Assembly (NCBI GenBank): GCA_964443745.1
Contig: CAYUEN010000001.1
Span: forward strand, 905 to 64,904
Source: an uncultured Campylobacterales bacterium
Lineage (GTDB): Bacteria > Campylobacterota > Campylobacteria > Campylobacterales > QNZT01
Reading direction: 5' to 3'
DNA: 64,000 nucleotides
Shown: positions 1 to 8,433 of the stretch, one piece after another
How the letters are laid out: each line of letters opens with the position of its first letter
Numbering within the stretch: position 1 is the first letter of the stretch
The notes under the pieces: model-generated
What the model was told of the DNA's origin: nothing
Database searches by the model: none
Seen by the model: the letters and a program-made list of their open reading frames with translations, nothing else
Translations under genes and position numbers: made by a program

Positions 1-333
1 GAATGGAAGTACCGATTCGATACGAAGCAGGGTATTTCGCTCTTTGGTCACAAACCATGCGACGTAAGGATGTTCGATATGATAAAGAGAGTTAGTCGTA
101 TTGAGTTCGACAAAACTCGTATCGATTCCTTTGAGTTTGAGCGCATTGGCCTGAAAGAGATCGTCTTGAAGAAGCGTGAGGATCTCTTCTCTCTGTCGCA
201 TCTGTTCTACATTTTTTGCGAATATCGTATTGGTTTTTTGCAAAGTGTCGATTGCCCCATATAAAAAGAGGACGATGATTCCCAACAAGAAGATGGAGAT
301 GACCACTTCGATCAGTGTAAAAGCGCGTTTCAT
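1..333 (-). CDS. Minor pseudopilin, GspJ-like (N-terminal part only; gene runs off the left edge)
   Basis: Absent from the ORF track because it is truncated. The reverse complement of 1..333 reads MKRAFTLIEVVISIFLLGIIVLFLYGAIDTLQ... with no stop. This is a prepilin-type leader, an FTLIE methylation motif and a hydrophobic helix. The ATG at 331-333 overlaps the stop of the upstream pseudopilin gene (ATGA). Confidence 0.6.
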   Translation of the reverse strand, partial: MKRAFTLIEVVISIFLLGIIVLFLYGAIDTLQKTNTIFAKNVEQMRQREEILTLLQDDLFQANALKLKGIDTSFVELNTTNSLYHIEHPYVAWFVTKERNTLLRIESVLPF

Positions 334-770
334 TGTCCGATATCCACCCCGATCTGATAAAGGTAACTGCTCTCTTCTTTGTGTGTCACCGTGATTTTGT
401 CGATCAGGAGTTTGAAAGAGATCGTGCCATTGCTCTCTTCGACCTCCTCTCCCAGCGGAGCGTAGCTGCTGTATGCTTCGTGTCTGTAGTGGATTTTGTA
501 ATTTTTCAGATAACGCCTGAAATCGTCATCCGAAATGGCATAGTCGTTGCGGACGAATTCGTAAAGACTCTTTTCACTGTTGTGCCAAGCTCTGTTTCGA
601 TGCATAAAAGCGAGAGAGCCCAAACGGTCAAACGCACTCTTCTTTTTCAAAAAGAGATAGGTGTGTTGGGCGTTGCTGCTGATCTGAAAGAGTCCCACCG
701 CTACGACGGAGAGGATGATGATCGAAACGAGTACTTCGATCAGGGTAAAACCGTCACTCCTGGATATCAT
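330..770 (-). CDS. Minor pseudopilin, GspI-like (prepilin-type N-terminal cleavage/methylation domain)
   Basis: Lies inside ORF 330..962. The internal Met at 770 gives MISRSDGFTLIEVLVSIIILSVVAVGLF (G|FTLIE motif), 146 aa. The start overlaps the end of the upstream gene (754) and the stop overlaps the next ATG, which indicates an operon with translational coupling. Confidence 0.6.
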   Translation of the reverse strand: MISRSDGFTLIEVLVSIIILSVVAVGLFQISSNAQHTYLFLKKKSAFDRLGSLAFMHRNRAWHNSEKSLYEFVRNDYAISDDDFRRYLKNYKIHYRHEAYSSYAPLGEEVEESNGTISFKLLIDKITVTHKEESSYLYQIGVDIGQ

Positions 771-1299
771 GAGATGTAATCCTCGTAAAGTTTCGATTGC
801 TGAGTCTGTCGATCGCCTCTTCCATCGAAGTGAGAACTTCCACTGGGTGGAGATACGGATAGAAAAGGTAGATTTTTCCACCCTGTTTGACGATAAAACT
901 GGAGCTGCTTTCGTTGGGATAGATCGTAAATGCGAAGCAGACATCATGAATGCCCTTCTCATAGAAGAGAGGAGGAAAATGCACCTCTTTTGGATCGTAG
1001 AAAGGGTCGATACGATAGACTTCGACGCCTTCGAACAATTTGGGATCGAGTTTGATTTTCAATTTTTCAGGTACCTCTCCATCGATTCGCAGCAGTAATT
1101 TTTTGCAATCGTCATAAAGATAGAGATCCAGCCTGGAGCCTTGGCGCCAGTAGGGTAGCAAGCTCTCTTTGAGAGTCTCGAGCTTGGGAATTTGGAGTCT
1201 GTTTTTGGGATTGAGGTCACTGATGACGAGGGCGTAGACGATACCGATCAAAATTACCACGACCATCAACTCAAACAGGGTAAAAGCGTCTCTTTTCAA
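754..1299 (-). CDS. Minor pseudopilin, GspH-like (prepilin-type N-terminal domain)
   Basis: 181-aa ORF that begins MKRDAFTLFELMVVVILIGIVYALVI, a short basic leader followed by the FTLFE motif and a hydrophobic helix. It is first in a row of three pseudopilin genes. The H/I/J assignment rests on order and size only. Confidence 0.55.
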   Translation of the reverse strand: MKRDAFTLFELMVVVILIGIVYALVISDLNPKNRLQIPKLETLKESLLPYWRQGSRLDLYLYDDCKKLLLRIDGEVPEKLKIKLDPKLFEGVEVYRIDPFYDPKEVHFPPLFYEKGIHDVCFAFTIYPNESSSSFIVKQGGKIYLFYPYLHPVEVLTSMEEAIDRLSNRNFTRITSHDIQE

Positions 1300-1390
1300 A
1301 ATGGCAACTTAAAGATATTATATTTTGCTCCGATTATACCACATAAACCTAATTTTGATATCATGTCTTATTCTGTAGAAAGGGGGCGGT

Positions 1391-2062
1391 GTGAAAGGGA
1401 AGATTTTTCTGCTCGAAGACGACATGACGCTACAGGAGACGGTCGGCGAATATTTCGAAGATCTGGGATACGAAGTCGATAGCGCCGAAAATGGGGAAGA
1501 GGCGATGGATATGCTTTATGAAAAACAGTATGACATTATGCTATTGGATGTGAAGGTCCCCCAGATCAGTGGATTCGATCTGCTCAAAGAGATACGCAAT
1601 AGAGGTGTTACGACACCCGCGATCTTCATCACTTCTCTCAACAGCATAGAGGATCTCAGCCGCGGCTATGAGAGTGGATGTGACGACTATATCCGCAAAC
1701 CTTTCGCACTCAAAGAGCTTCAGATGCGTGTCGAGACGATTTTGAAAAGAGAATTTTTTCATCGAAGAGGGGAAGAGATCAAAATCGATGAAAAAAGAGT
1801 CTATCATATCGGTGAAAATCTTCTGTATATAGATGGTGAGCCGCAGAATCTCAACAACAAAGAATCGAGATTGTTGAAACTCTTTTTGCAACATCAAAAC
1901 CAAGTACTCTCTCATGAGAAGATTTACGATACGCTTTGGGAGTATGACGAACACTATTCCGAAGCGAGTTTGCGCACCTATATCAAAAATTTACGAAAAC
2001 TGTTAGGAAAAGAGAGAATTGTCAGTATCAAAAAACAGGGCTACAAGTTTATCTCGGAGTGA
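1391..2062 (+). CDS. OmpR/PhoB-family response regulator
   Basis: 223 aa. Receiver domain (IFLLEDD, DIMLLDVKVPQISGFDL, IRKPF) plus a C-terminal winged-helix output (NNKESRLLKLFLQH, LRTYIKNLRKLLG). GTG start preceded by AGGGGG. Confidence 0.9.
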   Translation: MKGKIFLLEDDMTLQETVGEYFEDLGYEVDSAENGEEAMDMLYEKQYDIMLLDVKVPQISGFDLLKEIRNRGVTTPAIFITSLNSIEDLSRGYESGCDDYIRKPFALKELQMRVETILKREFFHRRGEEIKIDEKRVYHIGENLLYIDGEPQNLNNKESRLLKLFLQHQNQVLSHEKIYDTLWEYDEHYSEASLRTYIKNLRKLLGKERIVSIKKQGYKFISE

Positions 2063-3209
2063 ACGCAAGACACTCGTCTCCTTTTTGCTCTTCTACGCCC
2101 TTTTGTCTATCGTCATACTCGGTTTCAGCGGGGCGATCTACTATATGCTCCAAAAGGAGGTGATGCTCAAAGAGCAGGAGAAGCGTCTCAAAGAGTATTC
2201 TTACGAGCTTATCTCCAAAATCCGTTTTTTGCACAACCATTTCGACGAAGAACGTACCTACCCCCGCTTCGTCTATTTCGATTCGGCGATCTACGATAGC
2301 AGCGGACGCCAGATCTTCTCCACCTTGAGCGATGATTCCAATGTCGATCTTTCACGTACTCTCTACACCAAAGGAGAGAAGATCTACTATGTACGACTGC
2401 TCGATTCTTTCTATCTGGGTGCGATGTATGTGGTGATCGAAATTACCGACGATATGCAGTGGCTCAATTTTTTCAGAATGAAGGTGGCCTTCTACGGTAT
2501 GATACTCTTTTTGATTCTTCTTGTAGCCGGTTATTTTCTGATGAAGCTTCTGCTCAAGCCGATGCGGGATACGCTCTATTTGCTCGATCACTTCATCAAA
2601 GACACCACACACGAACTCAATACACCCGTCAGTGCGATTCTCGCCAATATCGAAACGATCGATCCGAAAAGCTGCGACCCCAAAAACTACAAAAAGATAC
2701 ACCGTATCGATATCGCCGCGCGGACGATTTCCCAAATCTACAACGATCTTACCTATGTGGTACTCGGTCATCAGACGCAGTCGAAAAACGAGAAGATCGA
2801 CCTGAGCGTACTCATCAAAGAGCGTGCGGAGTTTTTCAAGGTGATCGCCGAGCCCAGGAAACTGCGTTGTCTGCTCGAATTACAGGAGGGGGTCACCCTG
2901 TATGCCGATCGCAACAAAATCAGCCGCCTGGTCGATAACCTTCTCTCCAATGCGATCAAATACAACCGAAAAGGAGGATTCGTGCGGATCGTTCTGAAAG
3001 AGGGAAGCCTTGTCGTGGAAGATAGTGGAATCGGAATCGAGAAAAGACGCTTGAGCGATATTTTCGAAAGATACAGGCGCTTCAACGAAAGTGAGGGTGG
3101 ATTTGGTCTGGGACTCTCCATCGTGCTTGCGATCGTCAACGAGTATGGGATGAAGATCGCGATCGATTCGACACCGGGCAAGGGAACGAAGGTAAAAGTG
3201 AAATGGTGA
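2019..3209 (+). CDS. Sensor histidine kinase (2 TM, periplasmic loop, HisKA + HATPase_c)
   Basis: 396 aa. TM1 is LVSFLLFYALLSIVILGFSGAIYYML, followed by a periplasmic loop of about 110 aa and TM2 VAFYGMILFLILLVAGYFLM. H-box THELNTPVSAILANIE, N-box LLSNAIKYNRKGG, G-boxes VEDSGIGI and GGFGLGLSIV. The only in-frame start before TM1 is TTG 2019, giving a 44-nt overlap with the regulator gene. Confidence 0.85.
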   Translation: MSVSKNRATSLSRSERKTLVSFLLFYALLSIVILGFSGAIYYMLQKEVMLKEQEKRLKEYSYELISKIRFLHNHFDEERTYPRFVYFDSAIYDSSGRQIFSTLSDDSNVDLSRTLYTKGEKIYYVRLLDSFYLGAMYVVIEITDDMQWLNFFRMKVAFYGMILFLILLVAGYFLMKLLLKPMRDTLYLLDHFIKDTTHELNTPVSAILANIETIDPKSCDPKNYKKIHRIDIAARTISQIYNDLTYVVLGHQTQSKNEKIDLSVLIKERAEFFKVIAEPRKLRCLLELQEGVTLYADRNKISRLVDNLLSNAIKYNRKGGFVRIVLKEGSLVVEDSGIGIEKRRLSDIFERYRRFNESEGGFGLGLSIVLAIVNEYGMKIAIDSTPGKGTKVKVKW

Positions 3210-3559
3210 GAAAAACTGTCTTGATCTGGCTGATGGCGATGGCGCTTTATGCGCAGAACGATACGAATACGACAGTCGAAAAGCTCTATCATGACAACTG
3301 CGCTTCGTGTCACAAAGCCAAAGGACTCTCCTTGGAGAAGCTCTTTTTTCGCTATCTACTTAAATACAGCAGTGAAGTTTCGGTCAAAAGCGCACTGTTC
3401 GATTTTCTGAAAAATCCGAACGAACTGACCTCTGTTTTGACGACGGAAGATCGCAAACGGTATAAAATCAAACGAAAAACGACACTCACCGACGATGAAT
3501 TGCGACGGGTGATCGATCTATATTGGGAAAAATACAAAGTATTTGGGCGGTTAAAGTAA
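3203..3559 (+). CDS. Small periplasmic monohaem c-type cytochrome-like protein
   Basis: 118 aa with signal peptide MVRKTVLIWLMAMALYA|QN and a single CxxCH (CASCH). The ATG overlaps the kinase stop (ATGGTGA), so it is the third gene of the two-component operon. Confidence 0.65.
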   Translation: MVRKTVLIWLMAMALYAQNDTNTTVEKLYHDNCASCHKAKGLSLEKLFFRYLLKYSSEVSVKSALFDFLKNPNELTSVLTTEDRKRYKIKRKTTLTDDELRRVIDLYWEKYKVFGRLK

Positions 3560-3585
3560 ATCTTTATTGAGATAAATGTAATATT

Positions 3586-3621
3586 CACAATTGCTTCACA
3601 ATTGCTTGTTACAATTGTGAC
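3586..3621 (+). promoter_or_regulatory. Candidate operator: perfect tandem 11-bp repeat CACAATTGCTT x2 followed by imperfect palindrome GTTACAATTGTGAC
   Basis: Read directly: 3586-3596 and 3597-3607 are identical, and a third ACAATTG core sits at 3611-3617. The site lies 25-60 nt upstream of the ATG at 3646 in an AT-rich intergenic region. Confidence 0.5.
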
Positions 3622-3645
3622 GTAATTAAATTTAAAGGAGAAAAT

Positions 3646-3963
3646 ATGAAAAAGTTTCTTACACTGATTGCGACTTCTTTGCTTGTTGCAAGTATCGCTA
3701 CGACAGCGGCTTCCGCCGATCCGGCCAAAGGTCAGAAGATCTATCTGAAAAAGCTGAAAAAAGCTTGTGGATTCAATGGTGCGAAGATGTCCGCCAAGCA
3801 TACACAGGAAGAGTGGGAAGAGATCAAAAACAGCGGTAAGCTCGAAGATGAGATCAAAAAACTCTGTCCAAACGTAAAAGATGTCAAAGACAAATATCTG
3901 CCCGATCTGTTCGACTTCTTCTACGAGTATGCCAGCGACAGCGGTAATGTTCCTTCTTGCTAA
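3646..3963 (+). CDS. Small secreted Cys-containing protein (cytochrome-c-like N-terminus but no CxxCH)
   Basis: 105 aa with signal peptide MKKFLTLIATSLLVASIATTAASA|DP. AAGGAG sits upstream of the ATG. There are three Cys, including the C-terminal residue (…SGNVPSC). Confidence 0.6.
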   Translation: MKKFLTLIATSLLVASIATTAASADPAKGQKIYLKKLKKACGFNGAKMSAKHTQEEWEEIKNSGKLEDEIKKLCPNVKDVKDKYLPDLFDFFYEYASDSGNVPSC

Positions 3964-3987
3964 AAGAAGAGATTAAGTCAGATTTTA

Positions 3988-3993
3988 TATAAT
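3988..3993 (+). promoter_or_regulatory. Putative -10 box (TATAAT) for the cytochrome c553 gene
   Basis: TATAAT preceded by a T-rich stretch, about 28 nt upstream of ATG 4021, with AAGGAG SD at 4011-4016. Confidence 0.35.
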
Positions 3994-4020
3994 ACCCATT
4001 CATCTAAATAGAAGGAGAAA

Positions 4021-4323
4021 ATGATGAAAAAAGTTACACTCGGACTGCTTCTGGTTGGAGCGACTAGTTTGCTGATGGCTGATGGTGCTGCACTCTACAA
4101 AAAATGTGCTGGCTGCCACGGTGCAAAAGGTGAGAAAAAAGCGCTCGGAAAATCCGAAGTGATCGCTGGTTGGGATGTCGCCAAAACGGAAGAGGCGCTC
4201 AAAGGATACAAAGCCGGTTCCAGAAACGTTCATGGAATGGGCGGATTGATGAAAGGTCAGGTAGCTTCCTACTCTGATGCTGATATCAAAGCGGTATCCG
4301 AGTATATTCACAGCCTCAAATAA
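4021..4323 (+). CDS. Cytochrome c553 (class I monohaem cytochrome c)
   Basis: 100 aa with a signal peptide, haem motif CAGCH, distal Met region HGMGGLMKG, and a strong SD. Confidence 0.9.
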   Translation: MMKKVTLGLLLVGATSLLMADGAALYKKCAGCHGAKGEKKALGKSEVIAGWDVAKTEEALKGYKAGSRNVHGMGGLMKGQVASYSDADIKAVSEYIHSLK

Positions 4324-4333
4324 CCTTCCAACT

Positions 4334-4355
4334 TCTCCCCGCCACGGCGGGGAGA
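4334..4355 (+). terminator. GC-rich hairpin after the cytochrome c553 gene (no clear U-tract)
   Basis: TCTCCCCGC-CACG-GCGGGGAGA, starting 11 nt after the stop. Confidence 0.45.
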
Positions 4356-4451
4356 GTCTCCATCCAAACTCCCAGATTCACTTTTCTTTTCAAACTGTTA
4401 TAAAATTTCCTGATCTTTTGTTATAATACCCCAATCATAACAGGGGGAATC

Positions 4452-4949
4452 ATGACGGAAGCTCTCATAGAAGCGCTCGAAGAGGACAACCTTCTGAAGG
4501 TCAAACAACTCATCAAACAGGGTGTCGATTTGGACGAAGAGACGGAAGAGGAAGCGAGTATGCTCTTTTTCGCTTTTCGGAAAAAATGTTCACCCGAGCT
4601 CATCCGGCTGATGATCGAAGCGGGGGCGGATCTCTCCATCACTTCACCTTTGGGAATCTCCGTTTTGGATGAGGCGATCGCATTGGGTGATCTCGATTTG
4701 ATCAAATATCTCGTACTTGAAAAGGGGTTCGATGTGAACCGAACCAGACGCAAAAGCGGTGTCACCCCTCTGATGATCGCGAGTAGTTACGGATATGAAG
4801 AGATTGTCGCGTTTTTGTTGGAACAGGGGGCGGATTTGATGGCGGTGGACAAGATAGGGATGAGTGCGCTCGATTATACGGAGCGTCTGGGTAAAAAGAG
4901 GATGTTCGCCTATCTGCAGCGCCATCTCTCCTCTTCGGAGCGAAAGTGA
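4452..4949 (+). CDS. Ankyrin-repeat protein (no signal peptide)
   Basis: 165 aa with ANK-type repeats, e.g. SPLGISVLDEAIALGDLDLIKYLVLEKGFDVN and GVTPLMIASSYGYEEIVAFLLEQGADL. TATAAT at 4422-4427 and GGGGGA SD. Confidence 0.85.
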   Translation: MTEALIEALEEDNLLKVKQLIKQGVDLDEETEEEASMLFFAFRKKCSPELIRLMIEAGADLSITSPLGISVLDEAIALGDLDLIKYLVLEKGFDVNRTRRKSGVTPLMIASSYGYEEIVAFLLEQGADLMAVDKIGMSALDYTERLGKKRMFAYLQRHLSSSERK

Positions 4950-4976
4950 TTTCTACAGACGTTAAGGAGTGAAGAG

Positions 4977-5222
4977 GTGATGGAGATAAATCTGATAGTC
5001 GAAGCGGTCAAATTTATGGTGATCGGTTTGACGACCGTTTTTCTCTTCTTATGGTTGTTGATTATCGTCCTCAAGATAGAGAGTCGCGTTGTACAGCGTC
5101 TTTTCCCGCCTCGTATGGCGGTAAAGGCGACTCCCAAAACCGAGAAGAAAAAAGAGGTGAATGAGGAAATTACCGCTGCGATCGTCGCTGCCGTTACCCA
5201 ACATAGAAATAGAAAAAGATAG
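4977..5222 (+). CDS. Oxaloacetate decarboxylase gamma-subunit-like protein (OadG family)
   Basis: 81 aa with one N-terminal TM (VKFMVIGLTTVFLFLWLLIIVL) and a Lys/Glu/Ala-rich tail. Sits directly upstream of the alpha and beta subunit genes. The true start may be ATG 4980. Confidence 0.65.
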   Translation: MMEINLIVEAVKFMVIGLTTVFLFLWLLIIVLKIESRVVQRLFPPRMAVKATPKTEKKKEVNEEITAAIVAAVTQHRNRKR

Positions 5223-5230
5223 GAAAAGAG

Positions 5231-7066
5231 ATGGCCAAAAAGTTGATCGATATTATGGATACGACCTTTCGGGACGGATTTCAATCCGTCTTCGGAGGAA
5301 GGGTGCTGATGGAGGATTTTCTTCCCGCTTTGGATGCGGCGAAAGAGGCGGGAATCAGCCATTTCGAGTTCGGCGGAGGGGCGAGGTTTCAAAGTCTCTT
5401 TTTCTATCTAAACGAAAACGCGTTCGAGATGATGGATCGTTTCAGGGAGAAAGTCGGCCCCGAAGCGAATCTCCAGACGCTCGCCAGAGGTGTCAATACC
5501 GTGATGCTCGATACCGGAAGCAGCGAATTGATCGATCTGCATGCGAAACTCTTCAAGAAACATGGGACGACGACCGTTCGGAATTTCGATGCGCTCAACG
5601 ACGTCGAAAACCTCAAATACAGCGGAGAGTGTATCGTCCGCCATGGTCTCAACCACGAGGTGGTGGTGACGATGATGGATCTGCCGCCCGGTTGCAAAGG
5701 GGCGCATGACGTCGCCTTCTACGAGAACGTACTGCGTCAGATACTCGATGCGGGCATCCCCTATCAGAGTGTCTGCTTCAAAGACGCCAGTGGAACGTCC
5801 AACCCCCACAAAGTCTACGAAACGATCAAAATGGCCAAAAAGCTCCTTCCGGAAAACATTCCTGTCAGACTCCATACGCACGAGACGGCGGGTGTGAGCG
5901 TCTCTTGTTATCTCGCGGCACTGGATGCGGGTGTGGACGGAATCGATCTTGCCGTCAGTCCGGTGAGCGGCGGCACTTCCCAGCCGGATATTATGACGCT
6001 TCTACATGCGACGAAAGGCAGTCAGTACGATCTGGGAGGATTGGAGCTGGAAAAGGTTCTCGAATACGAAGATGTACTACAGGAGTGCCTGAAAGATTAT
6101 TTCATTCCGCCCGAAGCGGTGAGGGTCTCTCCAATCATTCCGATCTGTCCGATGCCGGGGGGCGCACTCACGGCCAATACGCAAATGATGCGCGACAACA
6201 ATATGATGGACAAATATCCGGCCGTGTTACGGGGTATGCGGGAAGTGGTGGAAAAGGGGGGATTTGGGACCTCCGTAACGCCTGTGTCGCAATTTTATTT
6301 TCAGCAGGCGTTCAACAACGTCGTTTTCGGCCCCTGGGAGCGGATTGCGGAAGGATACGGCCGGATGGTGCTCGGCTATTTCGGACGTACGCCCGTCGCC
6401 CCCGATCCCGAAGTGGTGAAGTTAGCCAGCGAGCAGCTCGGTTTGGAGCCGACGACAAAAACGGCGCTCGAACTTGCGGACGCCGACAAGAGTAAGAGTC
6501 TGAAACATTTCAGAAAAATCCTGAAAGAGAACAAGATCGAATTGACGGACGAAAACCTCTTTATCGCCGCTTCATGCGGAGAGAAGGGGATCGCCTACCT
6601 CAAAGGAGAGGCGAAAGTACAAGTGCGCAAAATTTCGCAGCAAGAGCAAGCCGACAAGAAGCCTTCGAAACCTTCGGGACCGGGTCACTATACCGTCGTC
6701 GTCAACGGATCCAAATACGACGTCACCGTGATCGAATCGGAAGGGGGCGAGATGGAGATCGAGACCGTCGCCCCCTCCAAGCCTTCGGCTACGACACCCG
6801 TGGATTCTAAAAGCCCCCAAGAGAAGGGTATATCCGACAAAGGTGCCGTAGAAGTGGTCTCGCAGACACCCGGTAGCGTCTGGAAGATTCTCGCCAAACC
6901 GGGTGATCGCCTCAAAGAGGGCGATACGATCATGATCCTTGAGGCGATGAAGATGGAGATCGAGATCACCGCGCCTATAGAGGGTGTTTTGCGCTCGATC
7001 GAAGTTAAGCCTCATGAGACGGTACAGGATGGACAGCTGTTGGCGACGATGGATCGGGAAGCGTAG
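5231..7066 (+). CDS. oadA: Oxaloacetate decarboxylase alpha subunit / pyruvate carboxylase subunit B-type carboxyltransferase with biotinyl domain
   Basis: 611 aa. N-terminal carboxyltransferase barrel (IMDTTFRDGFQS) and C-terminal biotin carrier with the EAMKME motif. Confidence 0.9.
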   Translation: MAKKLIDIMDTTFRDGFQSVFGGRVLMEDFLPALDAAKEAGISHFEFGGGARFQSLFFYLNENAFEMMDRFREKVGPEANLQTLARGVNTVMLDTGSSELIDLHAKLFKKHGTTTVRNFDALNDVENLKYSGECIVRHGLNHEVVVTMMDLPPGCKGAHDVAFYENVLRQILDAGIPYQSVCFKDASGTSNPHKVYETIKMAKKLLPENIPVRLHTHETAGVSVSCYLAALDAGVDGIDLAVSPVSGGTSQPDIMTLLHATKGSQYDLGGLELEKVLEYEDVLQECLKDYFIPPEAVRVSPIIPICPMPGGALTANTQMMRDNNMMDKYPAVLRGMREVVEKGGFGTSVTPVSQFYFQQAFNNVVFGPWERIAEGYGRMVLGYFGRTPVAPDPEVVKLASEQLGLEPTTKTALELADADKSKSLKHFRKILKENKIELTDENLFIAASCGEKGIAYLKGEAKVQVRKISQQEQADKKPSKPSGPGHYTVVVNGSKYDVTVIESEGGEMEIETVAPSKPSATTPVDSKSPQEKGISDKGAVEVVSQTPGSVWKILAKPGDRLKEGDTIMILEAMKMEIEITAPIEGVLRSIEVKPHETVQDGQLLATMDREA

Positions 7067-8389
7067 ATGAGAGGAAAGATCTGGGTTTTACTGCTGTTGT
7101 GCGCAGCTTTTATCGTGCCTCTTTTTGCCGCCGAAAATACGACCCCGCCATCTGAACGTACGGTGTCGAAATCGCAGGCATACCAGCCGCAGACGATTTC
7201 CGAACTCTTCCGCAATTTCTACCGATCGACCGGTTTTTTCGCGATGACTCACCCCAAAGAGGGGGTCAAGACCGCCGGTGGCGAAGAGATGAGCCTTTTT
7301 GCGCAAAGCGGCGGAAGGGCGATCATGTTCGTAATCTGTCTGTTGCTGCTTTATCTGGCGATCGCCAGAGGTTTCGAGCCGTTGCTTTTGATTCCGATCG
7401 GATTTGGCGGAATTTTGGCCAATATCCCGATCGCGGAGCTGGCGGGAGAGCACGGTTTGCTCGGCATCATCTACAACATGGGAATCGCGAACGAATTTTT
7501 CCCCCTGCTGATCTTTATGGGAGTCGGAGCGATGACGGATTTCGGTCCGCTTCTGGCCAATCCGAAAACGGCGATTCTCGGAGGGGCCGCACAGTTTGGG
7601 ATTTTCGGATCGCTGGTGGGAGCCGCCGCGCTGGCGGAGTGGGGGCTTTTCGATTTTTCTCTCAAGCAGTGTGCCGCGATCAGCATCATCGGAGGGGCGG
7701 ACGGTCCGACGTCGATCTTCATCGCTACGGAACTCTCTCCCGAACTTTTGGGAGCGATCGCCGTGGCCGCCTACTCCTATATGGCGCTCGTTCCCGTCAT
7801 CCAGCCTCCGATCATGCGATTGTTGACGACGGAGAGCGAACGCCGGATCCGGATGGTGACGCTTCGTAAAGTCTCCAGGATAGAAAAGATACTCTTCCCG
7901 CTGATCGTTCTTTTTCTGGCGATTTTGATTTTGCCGGAGGCGACACCGCTGATCGGAGCGCTTTGTTTCGGCAATTTCGCCAGAGAGAGCGGCGTGGTCA
8001 GGCGGCTGAGCGATACGATGCAAAACGCACTGATCAACATCGTGACGATCTTTTTGGGGCTCGGTGTGGGATCCAAACTCGCTTCCGACCAGTTTCTTGT
8101 CGCTCAGACGTTGGGCATCATGGTGATCGGTCTGATCGCGTTCGCACTTGGAACGGCCGCAGGTGTCTTGATGGCGAAACTGATGAATCTCTTCTCCAAA
8201 GAGCCGATCAACCCGCTCATCGGTGCGGCGGGTGTTTCGGCCGTGCCTATGTCCGCGCGTGTTGTGAATAAAGTTGGACAGGAGTATAATAAGTCAAATA
8301 TTCTGTTGATGCATGCGATGGGTCCAAACGTCGCAGGCGTTATCGGTTCGGCGGTGGCGGCGGGTATATTGCTGTCTATTTTTAAATAA
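7067..8389 (+). CDS. oadB: Na+-transporting oxaloacetate decarboxylase beta subunit
   Basis: 440 aa, polytopic. Family-typical segments [21 protein letters not shown] and [13 protein letters not shown]. The ATG abuts the alpha-subunit stop. Confidence 0.9.
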   Translation: MRGKIWVLLLLCAAFIVPLFAAENTTPPSERTVSKSQAYQPQTISELFRNFYRSTGFFAMTHPKEGVKTAGGEEMSLFAQSGGRAIMFVICLLLLYLAIARGFEPLLLIPIGFGGILANIPIAELAGEHGLLGIIYNMGIANEFFPLLIFMGVGAMTDFGPLLANPKTAILGGAAQFGIFGSLVGAAALAEWGLFDFSLKQCAAISIIGGADGPTSIFIATELSPELLGAIAVAAYSYMALVPVIQPPIMRLLTTESERRIRMVTLRKVSRIEKILFPLIVLFLAILILPEATPLIGALCFGNFARESGVVRRLSDTMQNALINIVTIFLGLGVGSKLASDQFLVAQTLGIMVIGLIAFALGTAAGVLMAKLMNLFSKEPINPLIGAAGVSAVPMSARVVNKVGQEYNKSNILLMHAMGPNVAGVIGSAVAAGILLSIFK

Positions 8390-8433
8390 TATCGTCGATG
8401 GGACGATGTTAGGGATAAGGAAACAATATTTAT

